A DNA stretch of 64,000 nucleotides from a virus. Its lineage: Duplodnaviria > Heunggongvirae > Uroviricota > Caudoviricetes. Below are positions 55,165 through 63,871 of this stretch, piece by piece. The stretch lies in the IMG/VR virus record IMGVR_UViG_3300031344_000001; one strand, written 5' to 3'. Under the pieces are notes generated by a model. The model saw only the letters and a program-made list of their open reading frames with translations. It searched no databases and was not told the DNA's origin. A program made the translations under genes and the position numbers. Numbering within the stretch: position 1 is the stretch's first letter; every line of letters starts with the position of its first letter.

Positions 55165-55742
55165 GACGGGGTCACTCCGACGGGGTTGCGGATGAGGTCG
55201 ATCACCTTGTGTGCACACTCCTCGACCATGGCGGTCAGCTCGCTCATGGGCTTCAGCGCGTCGTCGCGGTAGAGCGTGGTCGACTGCCATTTGCGGATCG
55301 GGGTGGTCCACCGGTCGTCATCGTCATCGCCCACGAGCTTGTACTCGCCGACGAAGAACTCGCCGTCCATCGCGGTGACCACGACCTCGCGATCGTCGGT
55401 CGTGAACACGAGGGCCGCGCACATGCCGCCGGTCTGCTCCAGCGCCCAGCCGAACGGACCTTCCCAGTCCATCTCGGACGCCTTGAAGCCGACCTGCTGG
55501 ATCAGGGCGACGTCGTCGCGCACCCAGCACTCGCGGTGGCAAGTGGCGCACACGCCAATCAAGTGCCCTTCGGGGCGCTCGACCTCGGCGGTGAGGTCCA
55601 TCGCGGTGAGGGTCTGGAGGCGCTTGGCGTAGTGCTGCTCGCGGGGGCTGTCCTTGAGCGCCGCGTAGTCGCACTCGACGCAGAGCACCAGCGACCACGG
55701 CGTCCACACGCCATGGAGGGCCTTGCTGTTGTCGAGCGTCAC
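55161..55742 (-). CDS. Hypothetical protein (193 aa)
   Basis: ATGA overlap; acidic DDDDD stretch. Confidence 0.45.
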   Translation of the reverse strand: MTLDNSKALHGVWTPWSLVLCVECDYAALKDSPREQHYAKRLQTLTAMDLTAEVERPEGHLIGVCATCHRECWVRDDVALIQQVGFKASEMDWEGPFGWALEQTGGMCAALVFTTDDREVVVTAMDGEFFVGEYKLVGDDDDDRWTTPIRKWQSTTLYRDDALKPMSELTAMVEECAHKVIDLIRNPVGVTPS

Positions 55743-55939
55743 CGGGCGCTCCGAACGAAGTCGCGGGCGTCACGGGCGGCCGGGTGGTCCCAGCCGAGCA
55801 GCCCTTCGATCGAGGCGACGAAGTGATCCCGACGGACATTCCGAAAGCTCGGGCCTCCACCGCAGTACGCCCAGTTGCAGCGCCCATCGGTGGTCAGGCA
55901 CAGGATCGCTGCACCGCCGTGCCAGTTGATCCTCAGCAC
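55739..55939 (-). CDS. Small hypothetical protein
   Basis: GTGA overlap. Confidence 0.3.
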   Translation of the reverse strand: MLRINWHGGAAILCLTTDGRCNWAYCGGGPSFRNVRRDHFVASIEGLLGWDHPAARDARDFVRSAR

Positions 55940-56535
55940 AGCGGCACCTCCGCCTTCTTCGCCATCTCGTCGCGCCAGGCGATCACCTGACAGGACACCT
56001 CGTCGAGCGATCCGCTGAACGGGTACGCCTCGCAGATGAGCTGGTTGATCTCCGAGTCCGCCGCCAACTCGCAGATTTCGTCCATGAGCCGCGCGATCTG
56101 GAGAGCCTTGAGGACGACGGCTTGAGCCTTTGTTTTGTCCATGTCCTTCGACATGAGCAACGCGCGTGCCGACTCCGCCTCGCAGTGCTCACGAAGCGCC
56201 GTCGCTGTGCGCTCAAAAAACGTCGATAACAACAAGCTCGGTAGGAGCGCCTTATCGGGCACTACCGTCTCTTTGAGCGATCTTTGGGCGTGCCGATTGC
56301 AGTGCGTGATCACGTAGCGCTGCCAGTGCGCGACCACGCGGTCGGCCGAGCTGCGCGTGGCGTTGATGCGTAACACGCCGTGGAAGCTGCCGTGAAACAC
56401 GACGCATTTGCCACGTAGCTTGGCGGTGAGCGGTGAGTCCTCGTTAAACGTCCACACGAGGGCCTTCTCGTCGACGGTGATTACGCCGTCGTCACGGGTG
56501 CCAAGACGCGAGTCGCTGAAGGGGGACGCGGTCAC
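55933..56535 (-). CDS. Hypothetical protein (200 aa)
   Basis: GTGA overlap; the R-rich N-terminal ORF portion is rejected. Confidence 0.45.
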   Translation of the reverse strand: MTASPFSDSRLGTRDDGVITVDEKALVWTFNEDSPLTAKLRGKCVVFHGSFHGVLRINATRSSADRVVAHWQRYVITHCNRHAQRSLKETVVPDKALLPSLLLSTFFERTATALREHCEAESARALLMSKDMDKTKAQAVVLKALQIARLMDEICELAADSEINQLICEAYPFSGSLDEVSCQVIAWRDEMAKKAEVPLC

Positions 56536-56906
56536 GACGCGCCCCCGTACTTCTTCGCGTAGCGCTTGCCCTGCTGGACGAGTGCCTTGCGCGCGTGCGC
56601 GAGAGCCTCTTCGCGGGTCGCGTACCAGGTCTGAGCAGAGAATGCTCCGAACCCTTGACCGTCGCGGGTCGCGATGAGCTGGACGCTGAACGGTTTGGCG
56701 CTGAAGATCAGGCGCGCCGTGCCGTGATCGATCGTGCGCCCCAGCATGTGCGGGGGGACTTCCTCGACACACGCCCAACCGTGAACCTTGCGGCGCTTCT
56801 CGTCGACCAGCGGCGTCCACTCGGCGTCGAGGCGCTCGCGCTTGACCTCCCAGGTGTCGTGGCCGAAGCGGTGGACCGACGATCCGAGAGCGACGGGCTC
56901 CTTCAT
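56532..56906 (-). CDS. Hypothetical protein (124 aa)
   Basis: ATGA overlap. Confidence 0.4.
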   Translation of the reverse strand: MKEPVALGSSVHRFGHDTWEVKRERLDAEWTPLVDEKRRKVHGWACVEEVPPHMLGRTIDHGTARLIFSAKPFSVQLIATRDGQGFGAFSAQTWYATREEALAHARKALVQQGKRYAKKYGGAS

Positions 56907-57076
56907 GCCTTGCTCCCCGCCAGCGTGATCCGACGCGCCGCTTCGTTGAGGCGGTTCCGCACGTCGGTCTCCTCGCCGCTGCCCAGCTCGCGAATGAAGG
57001 TGGCGACGTCGTCGAACCGCAGGTACCGCACGCCGTGGGCCACGACGATGCGGAACTTGAACTGGGGGTCGCTCAT
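56903..57076 (-). CDS. Small hypothetical protein (57 aa), first gene of the operon segment
   Basis: Start at MSDPQFKFRIV; sits downstream of the noncoding region. Confidence 0.3.
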   Translation of the reverse strand: MSDPQFKFRIVVAHGVRYLRFDDVATFIRELGSGEETDVRNRLNEAARRITLAGSKA

Positions 57077-57341
57077 GTGTGGGGGTAAGAGCAGCTCGCG
57101 TGCCGTGAGCGGTGTTGCGCAAGTGGCTGAGGGCAAACCCTGGGTGGGAGCGCACCCGTCTCCACGCGGTCGCGGATCGTGAGGACCGCGGGGTGCTCGA
57201 GACACGGGTAGGGGGTCACCCAGGACCTGCCGGATTGCCGACGAGCTTCGTCGATCGATCGGGTTATCGATGTAGATCAACACGGGGCGCACGCTCGCTC
57301 GGGTGCAAGTGATAGCAGAACGAGTGCAAGCGTGGGTAGGG
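57077..57341. promoter_or_regulatory. Intergenic region with conserved element copy B (57125..57220) and GTGCAAG direct repeats
   Basis: 265-bp noncoding gap; shares a ~90-nt partially conserved element with 52985..53080; long-range inverted repeat CCTGGGTG/CACCCAGG. Confidence 0.4.
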
Positions 57342-57761
57342 CTATTCAGCTGCTTCGGCGGCCTTCATGGCGGCGAGGATGCGAGAGATCTGCTTCGCGT
57401 CGAGGGGGTGCCCCTTGCGGTTGACGAAGTTTCTCTCGAAGAGCGTGCGTGCGATGTCGCGGAGCCCCCGGCCCTCGGCGTGGAGCTTCTTGACCTCGGT
57501 GATCAAGCGTTGCTCGTACCGCGAGGGCTTGAGCTTCTTGGTGTCCTCGTCGGCGTCTAGTCCGTAGGGCAGGTTGCCGTTGAACTTGAGGCCCTTCGCA
57601 CGTAGCCCTTCGACCGCGGCGATCGTGCTCGTGCTGATCAGCTTACGCAGGGCTTGGTTCTCGGCGAGGAGCTCGCGGTAGGCGTCGCGCAGCTCGTCGG
57701 CGCTCGCGGCGGCGATCTCGCCTTCAGTGAGACCGAGCGGCTGCGGAGGCACGAAGGTCAT
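57342..57761 (-). CDS. Resolvase-type HTH (HTH_7-like) DNA-binding protein lacking a catalytic serine-recombinase domain
   Basis: KGLKFNGNLPYGLD and VKKLHAEGRGLRDIARTLFERNF resemble the recombinase linker plus HTH; about 140 aa only. Confidence 0.4.
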   Translation of the reverse strand: MTFVPPQPLGLTEGEIAAASADELRDAYRELLAENQALRKLISTSTIAAVEGLRAKGLKFNGNLPYGLDADEDTKKLKPSRYEQRLITEVKKLHAEGRGLRDIARTLFERNFVNRKGHPLDAKQISRILAAMKAAEAAE

Positions 57762-57920
57762 CCTAGCGAAGTGGAGGGGTCTCGACCACCTGTGGTGTGA
57801 CAACACGGGGCCTGTTGTCACCAGCAATCAATAACTTGGGCTGCATGACGTCCTACAGCAAACCAGGACACTCAATTGAATCGGTATTCAAGTCACTGAT
57901 GATTCTGGTAGGTTCTGCCG
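57762..57920. promoter_or_regulatory. Divergent promoter region with 8-bp inverted repeat TGACAACA-N7-TGTTGTCA (57798..57820) and AT-richer segment
   Basis: Lies between minus gene start 57761 and plus gene start 57921; the palindrome and local GC drop are seen directly. Confidence 0.45.
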
Positions 57921-58361
57921 ATGCCGATGGACTTGTTCGCCGGAATCAGGAGTTCGTCGACGCACTCTCGTCTCGAAGTACGGGAGGACGCGATTCGCCT
58001 GACGCCCCTTGAGATGGACGTGATCGTCGCGCTCGAGGCGCGCGCCCGAGCAGCCCTGGAGGATCCGAACGGCTCCCCTACCAACGCCGAGTTCGTCGCA
58101 GCTGCCAGTCCGACCGTCGTCCTGGCGTTGATCGCGAAGGTGCGCGAGCTGAACGCTTCGCTCGTTGCGACGCGAGAGCACGCGGACGACGCTCCGCTGC
58201 CGGACTTCAGCGTCCGCGTCGCGATCATGGGACCTGAGGGTCCCGGGAAGACGGCCATTGTCCGGGCGGTCCTCGAACAACTCGTGCAGCCGGGTCGGTA
58301 CGAGGGCGATTCGATTGGGTACCTCCGCGACGGTCAGCTCGCGCGTGTGGTCGTCGAGTGA
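57921..58361 (+). CDS. Hypothetical protein (146 aa)
   Basis: First gene of the plus block. Confidence 0.45.
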   Translation: MPMDLFAGIRSSSTHSRLEVREDAIRLTPLEMDVIVALEARARAALEDPNGSPTNAEFVAAASPTVVLALIAKVRELNASLVATREHADDAPLPDFSVRVAIMGPEGPGKTAIVRAVLEQLVQPGRYEGDSIGYLRDGQLARVVVE

Positions 58362-58630
58362 TCGACTACAGACCGGTCTACGAGGCGATCCGCGCGAAGC
58401 TCTCTGCCGAGACGGCGGTGCGCGCAGGGCGCTCTGTCGAAGAGTGGATCCTGGCCGAGCGCGAGTGCGTGATGCGCGAGGTCAACCGCCAGCGCGGGCT
58501 GCTGGCCTACGACCCCGTCGGGATTGGGGTCGTCGAGCGTGCCGAGCGCATGGCCGTCGGGCACAGCGACTACGTCTCGAAGTACGCGCACGCGGCGGCG
58601 GACCTGGTGTTCCGCAAGGAGCCCACGTGA
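58358..58630 (+). CDS. Hypothetical protein
   Basis: GTGA overlap. Confidence 0.4.
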   Translation: MIDYRPVYEAIRAKLSAETAVRAGRSVEEWILAERECVMREVNRQRGLLAYDPVGIGVVERAERMAVGHSDYVSKYAHAAADLVFRKEPT

Positions 58631-58908
58631 GCCTCGAACCTGAGGGCTTCGTCATTCGTACGGCGGAAGCAACGGCCGCCGAGAAGAAGGAAGCTGTCGA
58701 GCGCCTCAAGCTCGTGCTGCCGCACCTCTTCATCGCCGCGAACATGGCCCGTCTCGAAGTCCCGCAAGGGAAGGTCTTCCTCGCGACCATTGCGAAGAAT
58801 CCTGACGGCAGCGGTCGTGTCACGGCCTCATTCGAGGCCGAGGCGTTCCTTCGAGACGTCGAAGCGCTCGTCGGGCCGTTGCTGTCGTCCCGTGAGGAGC
58901 CCGCGTGA
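58627..58908 (+). CDS. Hypothetical protein
   Basis: GTGA overlap; the R-rich upstream ORF part is rejected. Confidence 0.4.
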   Translation: MSLEPEGFVIRTAEATAAEKKEAVERLKLVLPHLFIAANMARLEVPQGKVFLATIAKNPDGSGRVTASFEAEAFLRDVEALVGPLLSSREEPA

Positions 58909-59135
58909 CGCCCGTCGCGCGCGAAGCCTTCCGCGACGTCAAGGGGTCCGAAGGGCGATCAAAGGTAAAGAACCCCGTTGGCGGCCCACTGACGGCGTGC
59001 GTTGCCTGCGGGCGCGTCTTGCGCGCCAGCAAGAACGGACACCCGCGCAAGCATTCACCCGTCATCCGCGGGCGTCGCACGGACTACGGACAGGGCGTTT
59101 GTGACGGCACGTTCATGCCGGGGGAACCCCCGTGA
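58905..59135 (+). CDS. Small zinc-ribbon protein
   Basis: GTGA overlap; CVACG..C. Confidence 0.35.
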   Translation: MTPVAREAFRDVKGSEGRSKVKNPVGGPLTACVACGRVLRASKNGHPRKHSPVIRGRRTDYGQGVCDGTFMPGEPP

Positions 59136-59149
59136 CTCAGAGGAGATCG

Positions 59150-59623
59150 ATGAAGGACTCGCTGCCGAAGTGCGCTGTGCTGACCTGCCCTAACGCGGCG
59201 GACCCTCGCTGGTTCGCGCGTGACGTGAACGGTCACGCCGTCATGATCTGCGATGGGCACGATCTGACGCCGACGGCGGACGAGGTCACCGTCCGACCGC
59301 CGGACCCCTCCGCGTACGACCTCGCGGAGCGCATCATCTACAACGGGTACCGCCCGACAGCAGAGGAGGAGGTCGAACGCATCGCCGTTGCGCTGATCGC
59401 GGAGACTGCGCGCGTAAAAGAGCGCGACGCGGAGTTGGCCGAGCTGCGCGACCTCGCAGACCTCGTGGACGACGCCGACATCCTCGCACTGCCCCCCGAG
59501 TTGCGGGAGGTGCGCCTGCGCTGGGTCGCGACAAGGTGCCATCAGCATCAGGAACAGGAAGTGGCTACCGGGGTGATCAACGACCCCACGAAGACGTCCC
59601 CGCGTCGCGCGTCGGATGCGTGA
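59150..59623 (+). CDS. Hypothetical protein
   Basis: ATG with AGAGGAG RBS. Confidence 0.4.
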   Translation: MKDSLPKCAVLTCPNAADPRWFARDVNGHAVMICDGHDLTPTADEVTVRPPDPSAYDLAERIIYNGYRPTAEEEVERIAVALIAETARVKERDAELAELRDLADLVDDADILALPPELREVRLRWVATRCHQHQEQEVATGVINDPTKTSPRRASDA

Positions 59624-60123
59624 CCCCGTCGATGCAGACGACCAGCTACTTTGACGACCGTCCGGACGCCCGCTTCTACATGGCTGACGTCGACGGCGTG
59701 ATCGTGTCGATTCGCGAGAACCTGCCGACGTACGGCGTCACCGATGGGGAAGTCTGGGCAGCGTGCCGGATCCAGGAGCGTCTCCTCTCGCAGCGCTTCG
59801 TGTCGGTCGAGCGCGCGCGGAGCGACCTCCCGCGCTGCGTCCGCTACTGGATCGGCGCGCGTGCGGACATGCCGACGATCGGTGCGTGGGTGCCCCTCCG
59901 TCGCGAGGAGTACGCGGTGGGTTGCCCCGTCTGCGCGGCGACGCGGGGTCAGGCGTGCCTCGACGAAGAGGGCGCACCCCTGCTCGAGCGGAAGGGTGCG
60001 CTGCACGTCGTCGGGGCTCCATGGCAACCGGACCCGCACGTCGTCGAAGTGGAGTGCGCGCCGCTCGTCCACGCTGGACGAATCACGGCGCACCAGCGAT
60101 CGCTGCGTGGAGAACGGCGATGA
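59620..60123 (+). CDS. Hypothetical protein
   Basis: GTGA overlap; CPVCAATRGQAC. Confidence 0.45.
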   Translation: MTPSMQTTSYFDDRPDARFYMADVDGVIVSIRENLPTYGVTDGEVWAACRIQERLLSQRFVSVERARSDLPRCVRYWIGARADMPTIGAWVPLRREEYAVGCPVCAATRGQACLDEEGAPLLERKGALHVVGAPWQPDPHVVEVECAPLVHAGRITAHQRSLRGERR

Positions 60124-60200
60124 GTTGCGTTTGTCGTTCTTGCGGCAGACTCTCACTACCGGAAGTCGTCGGGCGTCAGATGAAGACCGCCTACGCATAG
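60120..60200 (+). CDS. Tiny CVCRSCG peptide (26 aa)
   Basis: ATGA overlap only. Confidence 0.15.
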   Translation: MSCVCRSCGRLSLPEVVGRQMKTAYA

Positions 60201-60355
60201 CGCATGTCGGATGAGGAGCGCGCCGAGGCGGTGAAGGATCTGTCGAGGACCGTGAGAGAACGGGACGAGCCCGCTGTTCGAGTTCCGAGCGTCAACTGCT
60301 CGGGCAAGTTCCACATTTCAAGATGAGCATCAACTGCTCCGCCAGAACCTAGCAC

Positions 60356-60916
60356 ATGAAGATCCTTTTTTTGGACATCGACGGCGTGCTCAACCACAGC
60401 GCCACGCGCCACAGCTCACCGACGACCGCAGAGCCGTTGCCGATCCCGATCGCCCCGGAGTGCATGGTGCGGCTCAACCGGCTGGTCGTCGAGACGGGCG
60501 CGAAGATCGTCATCTCGTCGAGTTGGCGCTTGTTCGCCCGGTGGCAGGATCTTGGACCGGCGCTCGTGCGCCACGGCCTGGTCGCCGACGTGGTCGGCGA
60601 GACTCCGTACCTCGTGAATGACGCAACCTGGCTCGAAAATTGGCGCCTGCGCGAGGGCTCCCCGTTCACGTTCGAGCACCTTGAGCGCGGCTGGGAGATC
60701 CGCGAGTGGATCGCCGCGCACCCCGAGGTAACGGCGTTCGTCATCCTCGACGACTGCTCGGACATGGACGAGTTGAAGCCATGGCTCGTGCTCACGCACC
60801 CCATCGACGGGCTCGACGACCCGGACGTCGAGCGCGCGAAGTGGCTGCTGGAGCGATCTGCCGCAGGCATCGTGCTGGCCAGAGAGCGTGCCCTTGGGAC
60901 AGCTAATGAGGTATAG
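60356..60916 (+). CDS. HAD-superfamily phosphatase (PNKP 3'-phosphatase-like)
   Basis: N-term MKILFLDIDGVLNH (DxDG motif I); later ILDDCSD acidic motif; about 186 aa. Confidence 0.6.
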   Translation: MKILFLDIDGVLNHSATRHSSPTTAEPLPIPIAPECMVRLNRLVVETGAKIVISSSWRLFARWQDLGPALVRHGLVADVVGETPYLVNDATWLENWRLREGSPFTFEHLERGWEIREWIAAHPEVTAFVILDDCSDMDELKPWLVLTHPIDGLDDPDVERAKWLLERSAAGIVLARERALGTANEV

Positions 60917-61093
60917 TGAAACTAGCTCGCACTCCGCGCTTCGGCTTGGGAGATCGAGACACCGAGGGCAGCCGCGCCGCAGGGTTCTGGGCTCCTCCTC
61001 ATCGGACGAAGTGACCCGTCGAAGACTCCTGGGAAGGATGTCCGAACTTCCGCGTCTTCGACGTTTCAAACTCGACATGACGGAGAACCCACA

Positions 61094-62596
61094 GTGAAGA
61101 TCCAAGCTCGTTTCACGCACGACAAGGTGCGCTTCAACAAGACCAACGACGTCCACCTCGTGGTGAGCCTCAAGGCACCCAAGCTCGACTGGGAGACCAA
61201 GCGCCCCCGGGTCTGCATCATTCCCATCATCGACGTCTCGGGTTCGATGATGGGTGAGAAGCTCGACTTCGCGAAGAAGACGATCCTCAAGCTCGTCGAT
61301 CACCTGAGTCCCGGCGACTACTGCGGCCTCGGCGCGTTCGCGACCGAGGTCCACGAGATCCAGGCCCCCGTCGAGATGACGCAGGCGTCGAAGGACGCGC
61401 TGAAGAATCGCATCGGAGACCTGTGCTCCACGAGCACCACGAACTTCTCGGGCGGCCTCGAGCTGGGCCTCAAGTGGGGCGGCAAGGTCGACGTCGGCAA
61501 GGACGTGCTCGTCCGCGTCATCATGCTGACCGACGGCTGCGCGAACCACGGGGTCACCAGCGCCGAGGGCCTCGCGAAGATCGTCGACACCCGCGGCAAG
61601 ACCACGGTGTCCTGCTTCGGCTATGGCACGGACGCCAACCAGGAGCTGCTAGCGGACCTCGCGAAGAGGGGTGGAGGCAACTATGCCTTCATCAAGCACC
61701 CGGATGAGGCGCTCTCGGCCTTCGGGAAGGAGCTGGGCGGCCTGCTTTCGACGTACGCGCAGAGCATCGTGATCGACCTCGCGCCGCACAACGGCCACAA
61801 GATCGAGGGCGTCATCAGCGACGTCGACGTCGAGGAGAAGGACGGCAAGGTCGTCATCAAGCTCGGGGACCTCCTCTCCGAGGAGGAGCGCCACGTCGTC
61901 ATCGCGATGAAGCTCTCGGAGCAGGCCCAGGCGCTGCCCCGCGAGATGAACATCGCGGACGTGAAGGTCGACTACGACCTGCTCGTCGACGGCAAGCGCG
62001 AGCATCGCCAGGTGGAGCTGAAGGCGAAGCTCCGATTCGTGAAGGGAGGCGAGGAGCAGGAGAAGCCGACGCAGGAGGTCGACCAGATCGTCGGTCTCGC
62101 CCAGGTCGGCCAGGCGCAGGTCGAGGCCGAGGAGTTCGCCAAGAAGGGTGACTTCAAGAGTGCGGTCGCGCGCATGGGCGCGATGGCCGCCGCGCTCGAC
62201 GGCCGCGGGCACGACAAGCTCGGGGCCTTCGCCAAGGGCATCCAATCGCGGGTCATCTGCCAGACGAACTACGCTTCGAGCCAGGGCTACCTCCGCAGCT
62301 CGAAGGGGTACTCGGCTCGAGGCATGAGCGTCTCGAAGATGGACGGCGACCTGGAGCACGAGCTCGTGTCGTCGGGACTGAGCGCTGACTTCGCGATGGC
62401 GAACGCTGCGCAGTCCAGCACGGCGAGCAGCTTCGAGGCCGCTGTTCAGAAGGGCGGCAACGACCTCGCGGCGATCGCGGGCTCGATGGTGGTCCCCGGG
62501 ACCCTGCCGCCGCCCGTCTCGGCGGAGGCTGCGAAAGCCGCGAAGAAAGAGGCGCCGAAGAAGAGCGTCTCGAAGTCCAGATCGAGCCGTTGGTAG
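61094..62596 (+). CDS. von Willebrand factor A (vWA) domain protein with about 250-aa C-terminal extension
   Basis: MIDAS DVSGSM..T..MLTDGCANHG; GTG start with GGAG RBS. Confidence 0.8.
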   Translation: MKIQARFTHDKVRFNKTNDVHLVVSLKAPKLDWETKRPRVCIIPIIDVSGSMMGEKLDFAKKTILKLVDHLSPGDYCGLGAFATEVHEIQAPVEMTQASKDALKNRIGDLCSTSTTNFSGGLELGLKWGGKVDVGKDVLVRVIMLTDGCANHGVTSAEGLAKIVDTRGKTTVSCFGYGTDANQELLADLAKRGGGNYAFIKHPDEALSAFGKELGGLLSTYAQSIVIDLAPHNGHKIEGVISDVDVEEKDGKVVIKLGDLLSEEERHVVIAMKLSEQAQALPREMNIADVKVDYDLLVDGKREHRQVELKAKLRFVKGGEEQEKPTQEVDQIVGLAQVGQAQVEAEEFAKKGDFKSAVARMGAMAAALDGRGHDKLGAFAKGIQSRVICQTNYASSQGYLRSSKGYSARGMSVSKMDGDLEHELVSSGLSADFAMANAAQSSTASSFEAAVQKGGNDLAAIAGSMVVPGTLPPPVSAEAAKAAKKEAPKKSVSKSRSSRW

Positions 62597-62622
62597 GGAC
62601 TCGGAATGACGATGGAGGCGAC

Positions 62623-62844
62623 ATGCTGAGTCTGCACGGGCATCTGTGGTGGATCCCGCACGATCGTATTCGCTCGCTGTCGGCGAGCGACCTCGCAGTG
62701 CTCCGCATGTGTCGCGTCCTGACCCTGTTCATGGTCGCGGCGATCGTCTACGTCGTCGTGATCGTGAGCGGCGTCGGCGCGCGTGCCGAGCGTGATCGTT
62801 TGCGCCGCCAGATCGAGCGTTGCGGCTGCACGGAGGCGCAGTGA
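62623..62844 (+). CDS. Small membrane protein (1 TM)
   Basis: GGAGG RBS; VLTLFMVAAIVYVVVIVSGVGA. Confidence 0.45.
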   Translation: MLSLHGHLWWIPHDRIRSLSASDLAVLRMCRVLTLFMVAAIVYVVVIVSGVGARAERDRLRRQIERCGCTEAQ

Positions 62845-63098
62845 GTCCAGACGTGAACGAGGTCCCGCAGGTGTACACGCGCACCTGCGCGGGCTACGTC
62901 GCCTTCGCCGACCAGGGAATCGAGGTCTGCGAGACGTGCGGCGGGTGCACGTGCTGCGAATACGCGGACGTCGACCACCGCGGGGCTCGCTACCGGTGCC
63001 TGCTCGACCGCGAGGGTAAGAAGTGCCTGCTTGTCGGCAGCAAGATCGAGCACGACTGCGCGAGAGACGCGGACCCCGAGGGAGTGCTCTCACCGTGA
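62841..63098 (+). CDS. Cys-rich small protein
   Basis: GTGA overlap; CETCGGCTCC..C. Confidence 0.4.
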   Translation: MSPDVNEVPQVYTRTCAGYVAFADQGIEVCETCGGCTCCEYADVDHRGARYRCLLDREGKKCLLVGSKIEHDCARDADPEGVLSP

Positions 63099-63367
63099 TC
63101 ACGTACACGATCGGTGAAGGTGGGGGCCCCATCCATCGCGGCATCCCGTCGCTCGACGCGGCGATCTCCATCCTGGGAGACATGGTGCGCTACGACGACG
63201 CGGGCGAAGGCTCCGGGAACGTGCGCACCACGCGCGTGGTGACGCTCGACTACGTGGAGGACAAGCTCAATAAATACTGGCAGGTGTCCGATCAATATGG
63301 ACGGCCCGTCTTGGTCATCAGCGAAGAGCGGCGTTGCGCCCGCAACCGGGGAGCGCGCGGTGCGTAA
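63095..63367 (+). CDS. Hypothetical protein
   Basis: GTGA overlap. Confidence 0.4.
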   Translation: MITYTIGEGGGPIHRGIPSLDAAISILGDMVRYDDAGEGSGNVRTTRVVTLDYVEDKLNKYWQVSDQYGRPVLVISEERRCARNRGARGA

Positions 63368-63854
63368 GACAGCGCCCACGCTCGAGGCTCTCGCGCTCGA
63401 CGCTCGCGCGCACGTCACCGACATGCGCACGCAAGAGGTGACCGTCGACGCGTCACTGTTCTACGCTTACCCTGAGGTACTCGTCGCGGAGACCCAGTTC
63501 GGCGCGATGATCAGGCGCCCGATGGAGTGGTTCCTCCGCGACCTCGCCTCGTTTGCCGCGCAGACGCACCCTCAGTTGCTGCTGTGCTGGCTCCGCGACG
63601 GCCTGGTCCCGGCAGCAGGCGCTGCGGGCGTCCATCTGTTCACGGGTGCCGGCGACTGGCGCGGGACCTGGACGATCGCACGCGTGCACCTCATCGGCAG
63701 ACACGGCTACAACTACCGCACACTCGGCTTCGTCGAGAAACCCGACCCGTGTTGGATCGTGGTCGGCATGCGGTCCCTCCAAGTGAGGGATCGCAACTAC
63801 CGCCACCTGGTGGACGACGACAGCTACGCTCGCGACGAGCAGACCATCGCGTGA
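63360..63854 (+). CDS. Hypothetical protein (164 aa)
   Basis: GTG overlapping the upstream TAA stop. Confidence 0.45.
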   Translation: MRKTAPTLEALALDARAHVTDMRTQEVTVDASLFYAYPEVLVAETQFGAMIRRPMEWFLRDLASFAAQTHPQLLLCWLRDGLVPAAGAAGVHLFTGAGDWRGTWTIARVHLIGRHGYNYRTLGFVEKPDPCWIVVGMRSLQVRDRNYRHLVDDDSYARDEQTIA

Positions 63855-63871
63855 AACCACGGAGGACTGAC

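Noticed and set aside
57342-57761. Serine integrase or resolvase
   Set aside because: Only the linker and HTH part is present in a ~140-aa ORF. There is no N-terminal catalytic domain with a nucleophilic Ser motif, and no extended ORF in any frame.
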